64,000 bases of DNA from an uncultured Chromatiales bacterium (GTDB taxonomy: Bacteria > Pseudomonadota > Gammaproteobacteria > SZUA-140), in the NCBI GenBank assembly GCA_964388175.1, contig CAYLYS010000001.1:908-64907 (forward strand), given 5' to 3'. A model generated the notes under the pieces. That model worked only from the letters and a program-made list of their open reading frames with translations, did no database searches and had not been told where the DNA came from. This document shows, piece by piece, positions 10,180 to 19,541 of this stretch; the first letter of the stretch is position 1, and each line of letters begins with the position of its first letter. The translations under genes were made by a program, and so were the position numbers.

Positions 10180-10925
10180 GACAGATCGCCCCAGCGTAGC
10201 TGCATCGCCGTCAGCGCCACCAGGCCGGCGGTTTCCGTGCGCAGCACGCGCGGTCCCAGCCGCAGCGCCTGGTAACCCGCTCGCCGCGCCGCGGCGATTT
10301 CCGTTTCTTCCAGCCCGCCCTCCGGCCCGACCAGCAGCGTCAGCGCGCGCGGCGAGCCTTCGAGCTGCGCGAACGATCGCTCGGCGCGGTGATCGAGCAC
10401 GATGCGTAGATCGTCCGCCGCCGCTTCCGTTTCCAGCCACGTGGACAGCGGCATGACCGGCAGCAGCTCGGGCAGGCGGCTGCGCCCGCATTGCTCGCAG
10501 GCGGCGATGAGGATGCCGAGCCAGTGGCGATGGCGGCGTTCGAGCCGCTCGCCTTCGAGATGCACCTGGCAATAGCTGGTGACCAGCGGTGCGATGCGCG
10601 CGGCGCCGAGTTCGACCGCTTTCTGCAGGGTGATGTCCATGCGCTCGCCGCGCGAGATGCCCTGTGCCAGCGTGAGCGATAGCGGCGATTCGGCCTCGTG
10701 CGATCCCTCGCGTCTCAGCTGCGCACCGACGCGCACGCGGGTGCGGCCGCGTTCGGCGCCGTCGATGACCGCCTCGAATTCGCCGCCGCGGCCGTCGAAC
10801 AGGCGCAGCGCAGCGCCCGGCCGCAGGCGCAGTACACGCTGCACGTGCACGGAAGGTCCTTCCTCCAGCGTGATCTGCATGCCTTCGGCAAGCGGACCGT
10901 CATGATAGACCCGTGGTATGCGCAT
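10176..10925 (-). CDS. rsmE: 16S rRNA (uracil1498-N3)-methyltransferase
   Basis: 249-aa RsmE family protein with a PUA-like N-terminus and a SPOUT C-terminus. It is the C-terminal portion of called ORF 10176..11606. Confidence 0.8.
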   Translation of the reverse strand: MRIPRVYHDGPLAEGMQITLEEGPSVHVQRVLRLRPGAALRLFDGRGGEFEAVIDGAERGRTRVRVGAQLRREGSHEAESPLSLTLAQGISRGERMDITLQKAVELGAARIAPLVTSYCQVHLEGERLERRHRHWLGILIAACEQCGRSRLPELLPVMPLSTWLETEAAADDLRIVLDHRAERSFAQLEGSPRALTLLVGPEGGLEETEIAAARRAGYQALRLGPRVLRTETAGLVALTAMQLRWGDLS

Positions 10926-10927
10926 GC

Positions 10928-12343
10928 TCAGTCCCGCGCCGCCGCGGCGATGCCGGCTTCGGCGGCAGCGACCATCTGTGCGATCTCGTCCGCCGTGATG
11001 ACGTAGGGCGGCATGAAATAAACCACGTTGCCGAGCGGTCGCAGCAGCACGCCGTGTTCCAGCGCCGCGCGCGCGACGCGCAGACCGCGCCGTTCCTGCC
11101 ACGGCCACGGCGTACGCGTGCGGCGGTCGCGCACCAGCTCCAGCGCCACGATCATGCCGCGCTGGCGGATCTCGGCGACGTGCGGATGATCGGCGAAGCG
11201 CTCGCAGGCGCGCGCCATGGTCTGCGCCAGGACGCGGTTGTTTGCCAGCACCGGTTCCTGCGCGAAGATGTCGAGTGTCGCCAGCGCGGCGCGGCAGCCG
11301 AGCGGATTGCCGGTATAGCTGTGCGAGTGCAGGAACGCCTTCATCTCGCCGTGATTGGCATAGAAAGCCTGGTACACGTCTTCCTGGGTGAGCACGGCGG
11401 ACAGCGGCAGGTAGCCGCCGGTCAGGCCTTTCGACAGGCAGAGGAAATCGGGTGTGATGCCGGCCTGCTCGCAGGCGAACATCGTGCCGGTGCGGCCGAA
11501 GCCGACGGCGATCTCGTCGGCGATGAGATGGACGCCGTAATGCGTGCAGGCCGCGCGCAGCCGTTCGAGATAGACCGGTTCGTACATGCGCATCGAACCG
11601 GCGCACTGCACCAGCGGTTCGACGATCACCGCACAGACTTCATGATGGTGTCGTTCCAGCAGCTCGCGCATGGCCTCGAAGCGCCGCTCGGTGTAGGCGG
11701 CCACATCCTCGCCCACTTCGCGCTCATAGCAATCGGGCGATGGCGCGCGCAGGACTTCCATCAGCAACGGGCGGTAGGTGTCGCGATAGAGTTCGACGCC
11801 GCCCACCGCGAGCGCGCCCAGCGTTTCGCCGTGGTAGCTGTTTTCCAGCGCGATGAAGCGCGTTTTGCCGCCGTGACCGCGGTTGCGCCAGTAGTGATAG
11901 CTCATTTTCAGCGCCACCTCGACCGCCGCCGAACCGCTGTCGGCATAGAAACAGCGGGTGAGGCCGGGCGGCGCCAGTGCGGTGAGCCGCTCTGCCAGTT
12001 CGACGGCGGGCAGATGGCTGAAGCCGGCCAGCATGACGTGTTCCAGGGTGTCCATCTGCTCGCGCAGCGCGGCGTTGATGCGGGGGTGGGCGTGGCCGAA
12101 GAGGTTGACCCACCAGGAGCTGATGGCGTCGAGGTAGCGCCGGCCCTCGAAATCCTCGAGCCAGACGCCGCTGGCGCGGCGGATGGGCAGCGGGCCGCCG
12201 CTTTCATGGTCCTTCATCTGCGTGCAGGGGTGCCACAGCACAGCGCGATCGCGGGCGGCGAGGGACGCGTTGTCCCCGGTTCCGGGTTCAGCTCCGGAGC
12301 CGGCATGCGTGCTGGTCGTCATCGGATGCATCCGTCTATCCAT
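10928..12343 (-). CDS. bioA: adenosylmethionine-8-amino-7-oxononanoate aminotransferase
   Basis: Class III PLP aminotransferase aligning along its length with E. coli BioA (WHPxTQM..., SKGLTGGYLP). The start may be the Met at 12322. Confidence 0.85.
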   Translation of the reverse strand: MDRRMHPMTTSTHAGSGAEPGTGDNASLAARDRAVLWHPCTQMKDHESGGPLPIRRASGVWLEDFEGRRYLDAISSWWVNLFGHAHPRINAALREQMDTLEHVMLAGFSHLPAVELAERLTALAPPGLTRCFYADSGSAAVEVALKMSYHYWRNRGHGGKTRFIALENSYHGETLGALAVGGVELYRDTYRPLLMEVLRAPSPDCYEREVGEDVAAYTERRFEAMRELLERHHHEVCAVIVEPLVQCAGSMRMYEPVYLERLRAACTHYGVHLIADEIAVGFGRTGTMFACEQAGITPDFLCLSKGLTGGYLPLSAVLTQEDVYQAFYANHGEMKAFLHSHSYTGNPLGCRAALATLDIFAQEPVLANNRVLAQTMARACERFADHPHVAEIRQRGMIVALELVRDRRTRTPWPWQERRGLRVARAALEHGVLLRPLGNVVYFMPPYVITADEIAQMVAAAEAGIAAAARD

Positions 12344-12440
12344 TGATTCCCGTTGGCCCCGAGTGTCTGATGTGGAATAATTCCAAATAGACCGACCCCC
12401 CAGATCAACTTTAGATCAACTTTTGTTGCCAGGAGGCATT

Positions 12441-13043
12441 ATGAGTGTATTGGTAGGCAAGTCCGCTCCCGATTTTACCGCGACCGCCGTGTTGCCGGAC
12501 AACAGTTTCGACGAAAGCTTCAGCCTGACGCAGTTCCGCGGCAAATCCTACGTGGCGCTGTTTTTCTATCCGCTCGATTTCACCTTCGTCTGCCCGTCCG
12601 AACTGATCGCGTTCGATAATCGCATCGCCAAGTTCAAGCAGCGCAACGTTCAGGTGATCGGCGTCTCCGTCGATTCTCATTTCAGCCATGTCGCCTGGCG
12701 CAACACGCCGGTGAATCAGGGCGGCATCGGTCCGGTGAAGTATCCGCTGGTGGCCGACATCACCAAGAGCATCGCCCGTGACTACGACGTGCTGATCGAC
12801 AATGCGGTGGCGCTGCGCGGCACCTTCCTCATCGATCAGGAAGGCATCGTCCGTCACCAGGTAGTGAACGATCTGCCGCTCGGCCGCAACATCGACGAGC
12901 TGCTGCGTACGGTCGACGCGCTGCAATACACCGAGAAGCACGGCGAAGTCTGCCCGGCCGGCTGGGAAGAAGGCCGCAAGGGTATGAAGGCGACCGCTTC
13001 GGGTGTGGCCGAATATCTCGCCACGGAGTCGAGCGCACTCTGA
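12441..13043 (+). CDS. peroxiredoxin (2-Cys AhpC/Tsa family)
   Basis: FTFVCPSE peroxidatic Cys motif and a C-terminal EVCPAGW resolving Cys. An AGGAGG RBS lies 6 bp upstream of MSVLVGK. Confidence 0.9.
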   Translation: MSVLVGKSAPDFTATAVLPDNSFDESFSLTQFRGKSYVALFFYPLDFTFVCPSELIAFDNRIAKFKQRNVQVIGVSVDSHFSHVAWRNTPVNQGGIGPVKYPLVADITKSIARDYDVLIDNAVALRGTFLIDQEGIVRHQVVNDLPLGRNIDELLRTVDALQYTEKHGEVCPAGWEEGRKGMKATASGVAEYLATESSAL

Positions 13044-13054
13044 CAGTATCATGC

Positions 13055-13100
13055 GTCGGCAAGGCCGGTCCGCGGGATGCGGCTGGCCTTGCCGCGTATT
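13055..13100. terminator. putative bidirectional rho-independent terminator
   Basis: GC-rich inverted repeat (GGCAAGGCCGG...CTGGCCTTGCC) between the convergent prx and VWA genes. Confidence 0.35.
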
Positions 13101-13177
13101 TCCCCGCCCTGTTTCCCCACTTTGTTTCCACAGGCGCGCAGCGTCACCCGTTTCGCGGTTTTCAGGTAGAGATGGGC

Positions 13178-15433
13178 TCAGGCGGTTCCGGGCGCGCGTT
13201 CGTCGAAATCCAGCTCGATGTCGGAAATATCGATGCCGCCCAGCGGATCGTCGATGATGCCGCCGTCCGCGGATTTCTGCCCCGCTGCCGCGTCGCCGTT
13301 CATGATTCGCTCGAGGAATTCGGCGCTCTGCGTTTGCTGCGCGGCTGAGGACGCTTCCCCTGTGCCGACGTCGCGGGCGGCGGCGGTCGTTGCGCTTTCC
13401 TGCCCGCCGGATGGCGACACCGGTTCCGGTGTATTTCCCAGTGTCTTTTCGGGCGGCGTGAAATAGGCGGCGAGGACTTCCTCGGAGAGCTCCGGCAGCG
13501 TGCTGGCGTCGTTTTCCGGCACGATCGAGGCGGCTGCAACGGTCGTGGGAGCGGTGTTCGTTGCCATTTCCGGTATCGATATCGGCGCAGCTACGGGTGC
13601 CGGCGCATCATGCCGATCCTGTTCTGCGGCCGGCGCCAGTGCGGGCGCCGCGTGCCGCGTTCTGCCGCGCCAGCGCTGGATCAGCAGTGCGGCCAGCCCC
13701 GCCAGCAGGTTGACCAGCATGACGCTGAGCCCGATACGGGTCCAGTCATGACTGTCCTCGATGGCAGTCTCTGCCTGGCGGTCGGCAGGGACGGCAGCGG
13801 GTGCGAGCGTGGTCGGCGCCGCGGCGGGCCGCGCTTCGACGCCGAAAGCGCCGAAGCGCAGTATCTGCTGCCGGCGCAGTGCCTGGCCGTTATGGCGCTG
13901 TGCCTCGATATCCAGCGCGAGCTCGTACGGACCCGGCCCGTCGTAGGCGGACAGGTCCAGATACCATTCGTTCGGCGCCCGGCGCATGACCGGATGGCGC
14001 CCGGCAAAATGGCCGTCGTTGGTGATGGTCGCGGTGATGCGCAGACTGTCGGCGGTGATCAGGCTTGCCAGCGGCGTGACGAACAGCTCGCGGGCGCCGG
14101 CGTTGTGCTGCAGATCGACGGTGACCGGCGCCGCGAGGACCTCGATGCGGTGGCGGCGCGCACGCTGGAACGTGGTGCCGTCCACTTCGACGTGCAGTTC
14201 GTGCTGCCCGGGCGTCAGTCCTTTCGTCAGCGCCAGTGTGTAGAGGCCGTCGCCGGCGCGCGCGTCGCCGTCGCGGCCGTTGTCGAGCAGCATGGTGCGG
14301 CGGGTTTCGCCGGATGGCGAATGCTGCCGGGTTTCCACGCGCAGGAAATGATGGAAATCGTTTCTGTCGAGGATGCGGCCGTGCGCACTCAGATGGGCGG
14401 TGAGTTCGGTCGGCGTGTCCGCCAGCCACTGTCGCGGCGGCGGGCGCGTGACCAGGGCGAGATCGCTGACGATCAGGGCGCGGTTGTCGGGATCGGGCGC
14501 CGCGTCGATGCGCCAGTCGCCGGTAAGGGGGCGGGCGATGGTTACCAGGTCATAGCGTTCTTCCCGGTGCCAGCGCATGTTCGGTGCGGTGTCCGCCGCG
14601 GAATACACGCTGCCGTCGGGCGCATGCAGCCGTGTCGACGGCGTGCCCGGTGCATGGAACGACAATACGGTAAGCTCGGCCACATCGGCGTCGACGGTGA
14701 AGCTTTGATCGTCACGCAGTGCCAGGGTGACGGTCGGCAACGCCTGTTCGAACAGCCGCAGAAACGCGCGTTCGAGCATGTCGGCATCGTCGATGCGCTC
14801 GAAGCTTCCGCCGGTCGCTGCCGCCATTTGCCGCAGCAGCGCTTCGTCGGTGTCACGAGAGAGCGCGATGGTATGTATGCTGACGCCGGCGTGCTGCAGC
14901 TGCGGCAGGATCTCGTGCGTGATGCGTTCGCGCGATTCGGCGGTGGCCGCGGCGCTGCCGGATATGTCGATACCGGCGACGTCGATCAGTCCGTCGGTGA
15001 GCAGGACGAGATGGCGTTCGTCGCCGGCCGCCGGCGTCAGCCAGTTCCAGCCCGCGGTGCGCAGGGCGGCCTCGATATCGGTATGGAGCGCGTTCGCGCC
15101 GATGCCGGCGGCGGCCTGCGTGGCGCGGGCGCGCCAGGCGGCATCCGCCTGGCCGTAGGGCACCAGCATGTTGACGTGGCGCCCGAACGTCCATACACCC
15201 GCGCGGCTGTCCGCGGGCATCAGATTGATCAGCAGGCGCAATGCGGTGACGCGCATATTGCGCGGATCGGTCTCCTTCATGCTGCCGGAGACGTCGATGA
15301 GGATCCTCACGTCCGCCGCCGCCTGCGCCGTCGTGGCATGCCACAGTGGCAGCATCATGCACAGCAGCAGCGTGCACAGCCGCCACAGGCGACCGCGCGG
15401 GACGAGCGGTGTCTGTCGTCGATGCGGAATCAT
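13178..15433 (-). CDS. VWA domain-containing membrane protein
   Basis: Signal peptide, an N-terminal von Willebrand A domain with a MIDAS motif (DVSGSM), a long beta-rich region, a TM helix and an acidic C-terminal tail. Start reassigned to MIPHRRQ. Confidence 0.7.
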   Translation of the reverse strand: MIPHRRQTPLVPRGRLWRLCTLLLCMMLPLWHATTAQAAADVRILIDVSGSMKETDPRNMRVTALRLLINLMPADSRAGVWTFGRHVNMLVPYGQADAAWRARATQAAAGIGANALHTDIEAALRTAGWNWLTPAAGDERHLVLLTDGLIDVAGIDISGSAAATAESRERITHEILPQLQHAGVSIHTIALSRDTDEALLRQMAAATGGSFERIDDADMLERAFLRLFEQALPTVTLALRDDQSFTVDADVAELTVLSFHAPGTPSTRLHAPDGSVYSAADTAPNMRWHREERYDLVTIARPLTGDWRIDAAPDPDNRALIVSDLALVTRPPPRQWLADTPTELTAHLSAHGRILDRNDFHHFLRVETRQHSPSGETRRTMLLDNGRDGDARAGDGLYTLALTKGLTPGQHELHVEVDGTTFQRARRHRIEVLAAPVTVDLQHNAGARELFVTPLASLITADSLRITATITNDGHFAGRHPVMRRAPNEWYLDLSAYDGPGPYELALDIEAQRHNGQALRRQQILRFGAFGVEARPAAAPTTLAPAAVPADRQAETAIEDSHDWTRIGLSVMLVNLLAGLAALLIQRWRGRTRHAAPALAPAAEQDRHDAPAPVAAPISIPEMATNTAPTTVAAASIVPENDASTLPELSEEVLAAYFTPPEKTLGNTPEPVSPSGGQESATTAAARDVGTGEASSAAQQTQSAEFLERIMNGDAAAGQKSADGGIIDDPLGGIDISDIELDFDERAPGTA

Positions 15434-15580
15434 GGATGGATGATCGGCGATACGAATGAATGTCTTATCGGACCGGAGCGCGCCGGACTTTATATAGCAC
15501 GGCGGTGGTCGATACAAAGCGAGTGGATACCGGATGAGCGACACGGTCGCTGTTTACCCTGATGAGGAGAGCAGGAACGC

Positions 15581-16030
15581 ATGGTCATACAGTCAATTCT
15601 GGGGCGCGGTCGCGGCAAGGGACGGCGCATGCTCGACGGCGTGCAGCAGATCAATACCCTGATCGGCCACGACAGCCGTTTCATCGGTCGCCTCGAGGGC
15701 AATGACAATACCATCGTCAACGGCACCTTCGAGGGAGATTGCGACATCGACGGCGTGGTGGTGCTGAGCGAGCAGGGGCGCTGGATCGGCAACATCAATG
15801 CCGTCAGCGCCATCATATCGGGCGAGGTGCGCGGTGACATCACCGTGCGCGACAAGCTCGAACTGACCGCGAGCGCGCGCGTCGCCGGCCGTATCAGCAG
15901 TCCGGTGCTGGCCATCGAGGAAGGCGCCATCCATCAGGGCGAGATCCGCATGACGCGCGAGGGAGAGGTGGTTCGCTTCAAGGACCGGCGCCAGGGCGGT
16001 GGTGGAGACGATAGCGCGCAGGAATCGTGA
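15581..16030 (+). CDS. bactofilin family protein
   Basis: Repetitive beta-helical bactofilin (DUF583) core: IGxxxxFxGxLxxxGxxxIxGxxxG. Confidence 0.75.
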   Translation: MVIQSILGRGRGKGRRMLDGVQQINTLIGHDSRFIGRLEGNDNTIVNGTFEGDCDIDGVVVLSEQGRWIGNINAVSAIISGEVRGDITVRDKLELTASARVAGRISSPVLAIEEGAIHQGEIRMTREGEVVRFKDRRQGGGGDDSAQES

Positions 16031-16083
16031 TCCGTATCATCGTCCCGGCCGCGGCTGCTGCCGCGGCGGGGCGATGCCGGAGC

Positions 16084-16383
16084 TCAGGTGGCGAGGCGTT
16101 CGTCGCGTCGGCTGCGCATGCCGGCGGACAGGTGCGCAAGGCGCCGTTCCGGCGCGGGGCGCGCGATCCGCGCCAGATGCGGGTTGACCGCGTCCGAGCT
16201 GATCATGATCGTCATGCCGAGTACGGCCATCATCGTTTCCATGTCGTCCGGATCGGAGAAATGGCGGCGCAGATGGTCGAAATGCATCCGATTGATATAC
16301 AGCATGTTGGCGCGCTCGCCGTAGCCGGCCTCGAAATCGCGGGCCAGAGAATAGATAAAACTCAGCATATGCATCCCTCGCAA
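16084..16383 (-). CDS. hypothetical protein
   Basis: 99-aa ORF with no recognisable domain. Sits between the bactofilin gene and birA. Confidence 0.35.
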   Translation of the reverse strand: MRGMHMLSFIYSLARDFEAGYGERANMLYINRMHFDHLRRHFSDPDDMETMMAVLGMTIMISSDAVNPHLARIARPAPERRLAHLSAGMRSRRDERLAT

Positions 16384-16489
16384 TGATTCATGGTTGTCAT
16401 GACAGGCTGATGACGGACCGTGTGCTATTCGATAGCGGCCGGGCGCTACCGGGATTTAGGGCCGCCGGGTGAACTGCTAGACTACGGGC

Positions 16490-17512
16490 ATGTCGCATGG
16501 CCTGGCATTGCTTCGCATCCTTTCCGACGGTCGCTTTCATTCCGGTGAAGACCTGGGAGGCGCGCTGGGCATCGGGCGTGCCGCGGTGTGGAAATGCCTG
16601 CAGGGGCTGCGCGCGGCGGGCATCGAGATCCAGTCGGTGCCGGGGCGAGGCTATCGGCTCGTCGAAGCGCTGGAGCTGCTGTCGGAAGAGACCATCGTCG
16701 CCGCGCTGCCGGCGACGGTGCGGCCGCGGCTGGCGGCGTTCGAACTGCATTACGAGATCGATTCCACCAACAGCGCATTGTTGCGCCGCGCCGCTGCGCT
16801 GCCCACCGGCACGGTGTGTCTGGCCGAGCGGCAGAGCGCCGGGCGTGGACGCCGTGGCCGGAGCTGGGTATCGCCCTGTGCCCGCAACCTCTATCTGTCG
16901 CTGCTGTGGCGTTTCCCGCGCGGCCCGGATGCGCTTGCCGGGCTGGCGCTGATCGTCGGTCTGGCGGTCCTGCGTGGACTGGAAGATGCAGGCGTGCGCG
17001 AAGCGGGGGTGAAGTGGCCGAATGACATCGTCTGGCGCGGGGCCAAGCTTGCCGGCGCCCTGATCGAGCTGTCCGGCGAATCGGGCGGCGCCTCCTGCGT
17101 GGTGATCGGCATCGGCGTCAACGTCGATATGCCGCGCGCTGCAGCCGGCGATGCGACCGGGCAGTGCTTGATAGGGCAGCGTTGGGTCGATGCCCGCAGC
17201 GCGGCGGGTGCCCGGGTATCGCGCAACCAGTTGGCTGCCCTGATGCTATCCCGCCTGTGCGCGGCGCTGGACCGTTTCCAGGCTGGCGGACTCGCCGCCT
17301 TCATGGATGAATGGCGCACATGCGACGTGCTGTACGGACAGGCCGTGATGGTGGAGGATGTCGGCGGCGGGAGCAGGCATGGCATCGCGCGCGGTGTGGA
17401 TGCCGGCGGCGCGCTGCTGGTCGAGGAAAACGGCGTATGCAGCGCGTATCATTCCGGTGATGTCAGCGTGCGTGCGCAGTCCGCGCCATCGCCGTCGGGA
17501 GCAAGGACATGA
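16490..17512 (+). CDS. birA: bifunctional biotin--[acetyl-CoA-carboxylase] ligase / biotin operon repressor
   Basis: N-terminal HTH, central BPL domain (GRGRRGRSW) and C-terminal SH3-like domain. Followed by coaX, as in many proteobacteria. Confidence 0.9.
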   Translation: MSHGLALLRILSDGRFHSGEDLGGALGIGRAAVWKCLQGLRAAGIEIQSVPGRGYRLVEALELLSEETIVAALPATVRPRLAAFELHYEIDSTNSALLRRAAALPTGTVCLAERQSAGRGRRGRSWVSPCARNLYLSLLWRFPRGPDALAGLALIVGLAVLRGLEDAGVREAGVKWPNDIVWRGAKLAGALIELSGESGGASCVVIGIGVNVDMPRAAAGDATGQCLIGQRWVDARSAAGARVSRNQLAALMLSRLCAALDRFQAGGLAAFMDEWRTCDVLYGQAVMVEDVGGGSRHGIARGVDAGGALLVEENGVCSAYHSGDVSVRAQSAPSPSGART

Positions 17513-18279
17513 TACTGCTGGTGGATGCCGGCAACAGCCGCATCAAGTGGGCCTGTGAGGTGGGCGGCACGCTGCAGGCGGGAGAACCGCTGCGGCGCAG
17601 CGGCGATGCCGATGATGACGTGCATGCCCTGTCGCTGGCGTGGGCGCCGCTGCCGCCGCCGCGCCGCGTGCTGCTCGCCAGCGTGTTGCAACCGGCGTTT
17701 TTCGCCGCCTTGTCGGCGTACGCGCAGGCGCACTGGTCGGTGACGGTCGAAGCGGCGGTGGTGCGACCGGTGGCGTGCGGCGTGGTGAATGCCTATGCCG
17801 AACCGCAGCGCCTGGGCGTGGACCGCTGGCTGGCTTTGCTGGCGGCGCGGCGTACCGTCGCCGGCGCGGTCTGCATCGTCGATTGCGGCACCGCCATCAC
17901 GGTCGACGGCATGCGCGCCGACGGGGTGCACATCGGCGGCCTGATCCTGCCCGGTCTGGCGTTGATGAGGCGCATGTTGGGCACGGGTACCGCGGGCATT
18001 GCCGCCGGCGTGGACGATGTGCCGGAGAGTGAGGAAGCGCTGCCTGTTTGCGCCGGCGATACGCGCTCGGCGGTGCTCGGCGGTACGCTGTGCATGGCGG
18101 TCGCGGGCGTCGATCGCGCGGTTGCCGGCATGCGCGCGGCGCTGGGCGATGATATGCGCTGCTTGATCAGCGGTGGCGATGCCGGGCGGCTGCTGCCGTT
18201 GCTGGCCGATACTTATATATACGAACCCGAGCTCGTGCTGAAAGGGCTCGCGCTATATGCGCAGGATGAAAGCGGATGA
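17509..18279 (+). CDS. coaX: type III pantothenate kinase
   Basis: MILLVDAGNSRIKWA N-terminus of the Bvg accessory factor / CoaX family. Overlaps birA by 4 bp. Confidence 0.9.
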   Translation: MILLVDAGNSRIKWACEVGGTLQAGEPLRRSGDADDDVHALSLAWAPLPPPRRVLLASVLQPAFFAALSAYAQAHWSVTVEAAVVRPVACGVVNAYAEPQRLGVDRWLALLAARRTVAGAVCIVDCGTAITVDGMRADGVHIGGLILPGLALMRRMLGTGTAGIAAGVDDVPESEEALPVCAGDTRSAVLGGTLCMAVAGVDRAVAGMRAALGDDMRCLISGGDAGRLLPLLADTYIYEPELVLKGLALYAQDESG

Positions 18280-19052
18280 GATTGTTCTTTTTGCTGCTGT
18301 TGCTGATGAATGTCGCGTTTTATATCTGGCATGAGCCCATCGTCGCCTGGATGAAGGGGGATGCGCCCGTTGAGCGGACCGTGACGCGGAGCGAGACGAT
18401 GCCATCGCTGGTGCTGCTGAGCGAACGCGATGCGCCGCGCAGCGAACCGGCGGCGCGACAGGATGCGCCCGCCAAACCGCCGCCGCAGGCGGCGGGTTTG
18501 CCCTCGCCTTCGGTGCAGGCCGACTTTCCGCCGGCGGCGGTCTCGTCTGCTGCGCGGGCGGAGACCGCCGCCGCGCTTCCCGCGGGACAATGTATCGAAG
18601 TCGGCCCCTACACCGATGCCGCACTGGCCGCAGCGGCGCGGTCGAGCGCCGAGAGCGCCGGCATGAAGGCAGGGCTGGAGCGCGTCGAACGCGATATGCC
18701 TGCCGGCTACTGGCTGTTGACCGAGGAGCGTTACAATCTGGCCGGCGCGCGCGACATCCTGCGGCGCATGGGTGAGGACGGCGTCGATGATATCGCCATC
18801 GTCTCACTCGACAGCGGCATGGCGATATCGCTCGGTCTTTACAGCCGTTCCGCGGCGATGGAGCGTCGCCGACGCGAACTGGTCGAACTCGGCTACCCGG
18901 TCGAGGTGCGCCAGCGCTCCGAGCGGCGCGAAGTGCAGGTGCTTCATCTCGCCACGGCCGCCGGCGCCGATGCGCAGGCGGTGAAGGCGCTGCTCACCGA
19001 CCTGGTCAGCGCAGAACCGCGTCTGGAATGGCGAGACACGGCGTGTCGCTGA
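18276..19052 (+). CDS. SPOR domain-containing protein
   Basis: N-terminal TM segment, Pro/Ala-rich linker and a C-terminal SPOR-like domain. Conserved position after birA-coaX. Confidence 0.65.
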   Translation: MRLFFLLLLLMNVAFYIWHEPIVAWMKGDAPVERTVTRSETMPSLVLLSERDAPRSEPAARQDAPAKPPPQAAGLPSPSVQADFPPAAVSSAARAETAAALPAGQCIEVGPYTDAALAAAARSSAESAGMKAGLERVERDMPAGYWLLTEERYNLAGARDILRRMGEDGVDDIAIVSLDSGMAISLGLYSRSAAMERRRRELVELGYPVEVRQRSERREVQVLHLATAAGADAQAVKALLTDLVSAEPRLEWRDTACR

Positions 19053-19086
19053 CGGAGCTCTGCTATAATTTCCCGGTTTCCGCATC

Positions 19087-19162
19087 GCTGGCGTAGCTCA
19101 GTCGGTAGAGCAGCTGATTTGTAATCAGCCGGTCGGGGGTTCGATTCCTCTCGCCAGCTCCA
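19087..19162 (+). tRNA. tRNA-Thr (anticodon UGU)
   Basis: 76-nt cloverleaf: acceptor GCTGGCG/CGCCAGC, D-arm GCTC-AGTCGGTA-GAGC, anticodon loop TTTGTAA (anticodon TGT), T-loop TTCGATT, 3' CCA. Its 3' 48 nt are repeated exactly at 32761-32808. Confidence 0.9.
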
Positions 19163-19199
19163 ATACTTAGATCACTTATCCACAGATCACGAAGCGCCT

Positions 19200-19217
19200 G
19201 TGGACCACTCTTGGACC
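19200..19217. repeat. 18-bp motif GTGGACCACTCTTGGACC (copy 1, attL-proximal)
   Basis: Near-identical copies occur at 19278-19294 (inverted) and 32626-32643 (direct, attR-proximal). Candidate integrase/RDF arm sites. Confidence 0.5.
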
Positions 19218-19277
19218 GATCGCCGGGAACATTCCACCATCAGCCACAGCAGAAACGCACGTTTTTTGCTGCTCATT

Positions 19278-19294
19278 GGTCCTGGAGTGGTCCA
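19278..19294. repeat. inverted copy of the arm motif (GGTCCTGGAGTGGTCCA)
   Basis: Reverse complement is TGGACCACTCCAGGACC. Lies between the tRNA and int. Confidence 0.5.
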
Positions 19295-19541
19295 TATGAG
19301 AAGGAGATAGGTTTTAACCTATTAATATTTATCGTAAATAATCCTGTATTATCCTGATTATATATCAGATGTTGCCCGCTATCGCAGCTTACGGTAACGT
19401 GTAATATCTAGAAAAAAGCAGGCCCCGGAGACGCTGGAACGTCGCCCGAGGCCTTGACCACGACAACCCGTCAGGAGGTTGTGATGGCGTCTCGCCAGCC
19501 TACCCGCCGCAGTCGCTCCGCGCCACCCAAGGCGCGCTGAC

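Noticed and set aside
10913-12346. 477-aa plus-strand ORF opposite bioA
   Set aside because: Antisense shadow ORF with no domain signal.
13610-15562. 650-aa plus-strand ORF opposite the VWA gene
   Set aside because: Antisense shadow ORF. Gly/Arg-rich and low-complexity.
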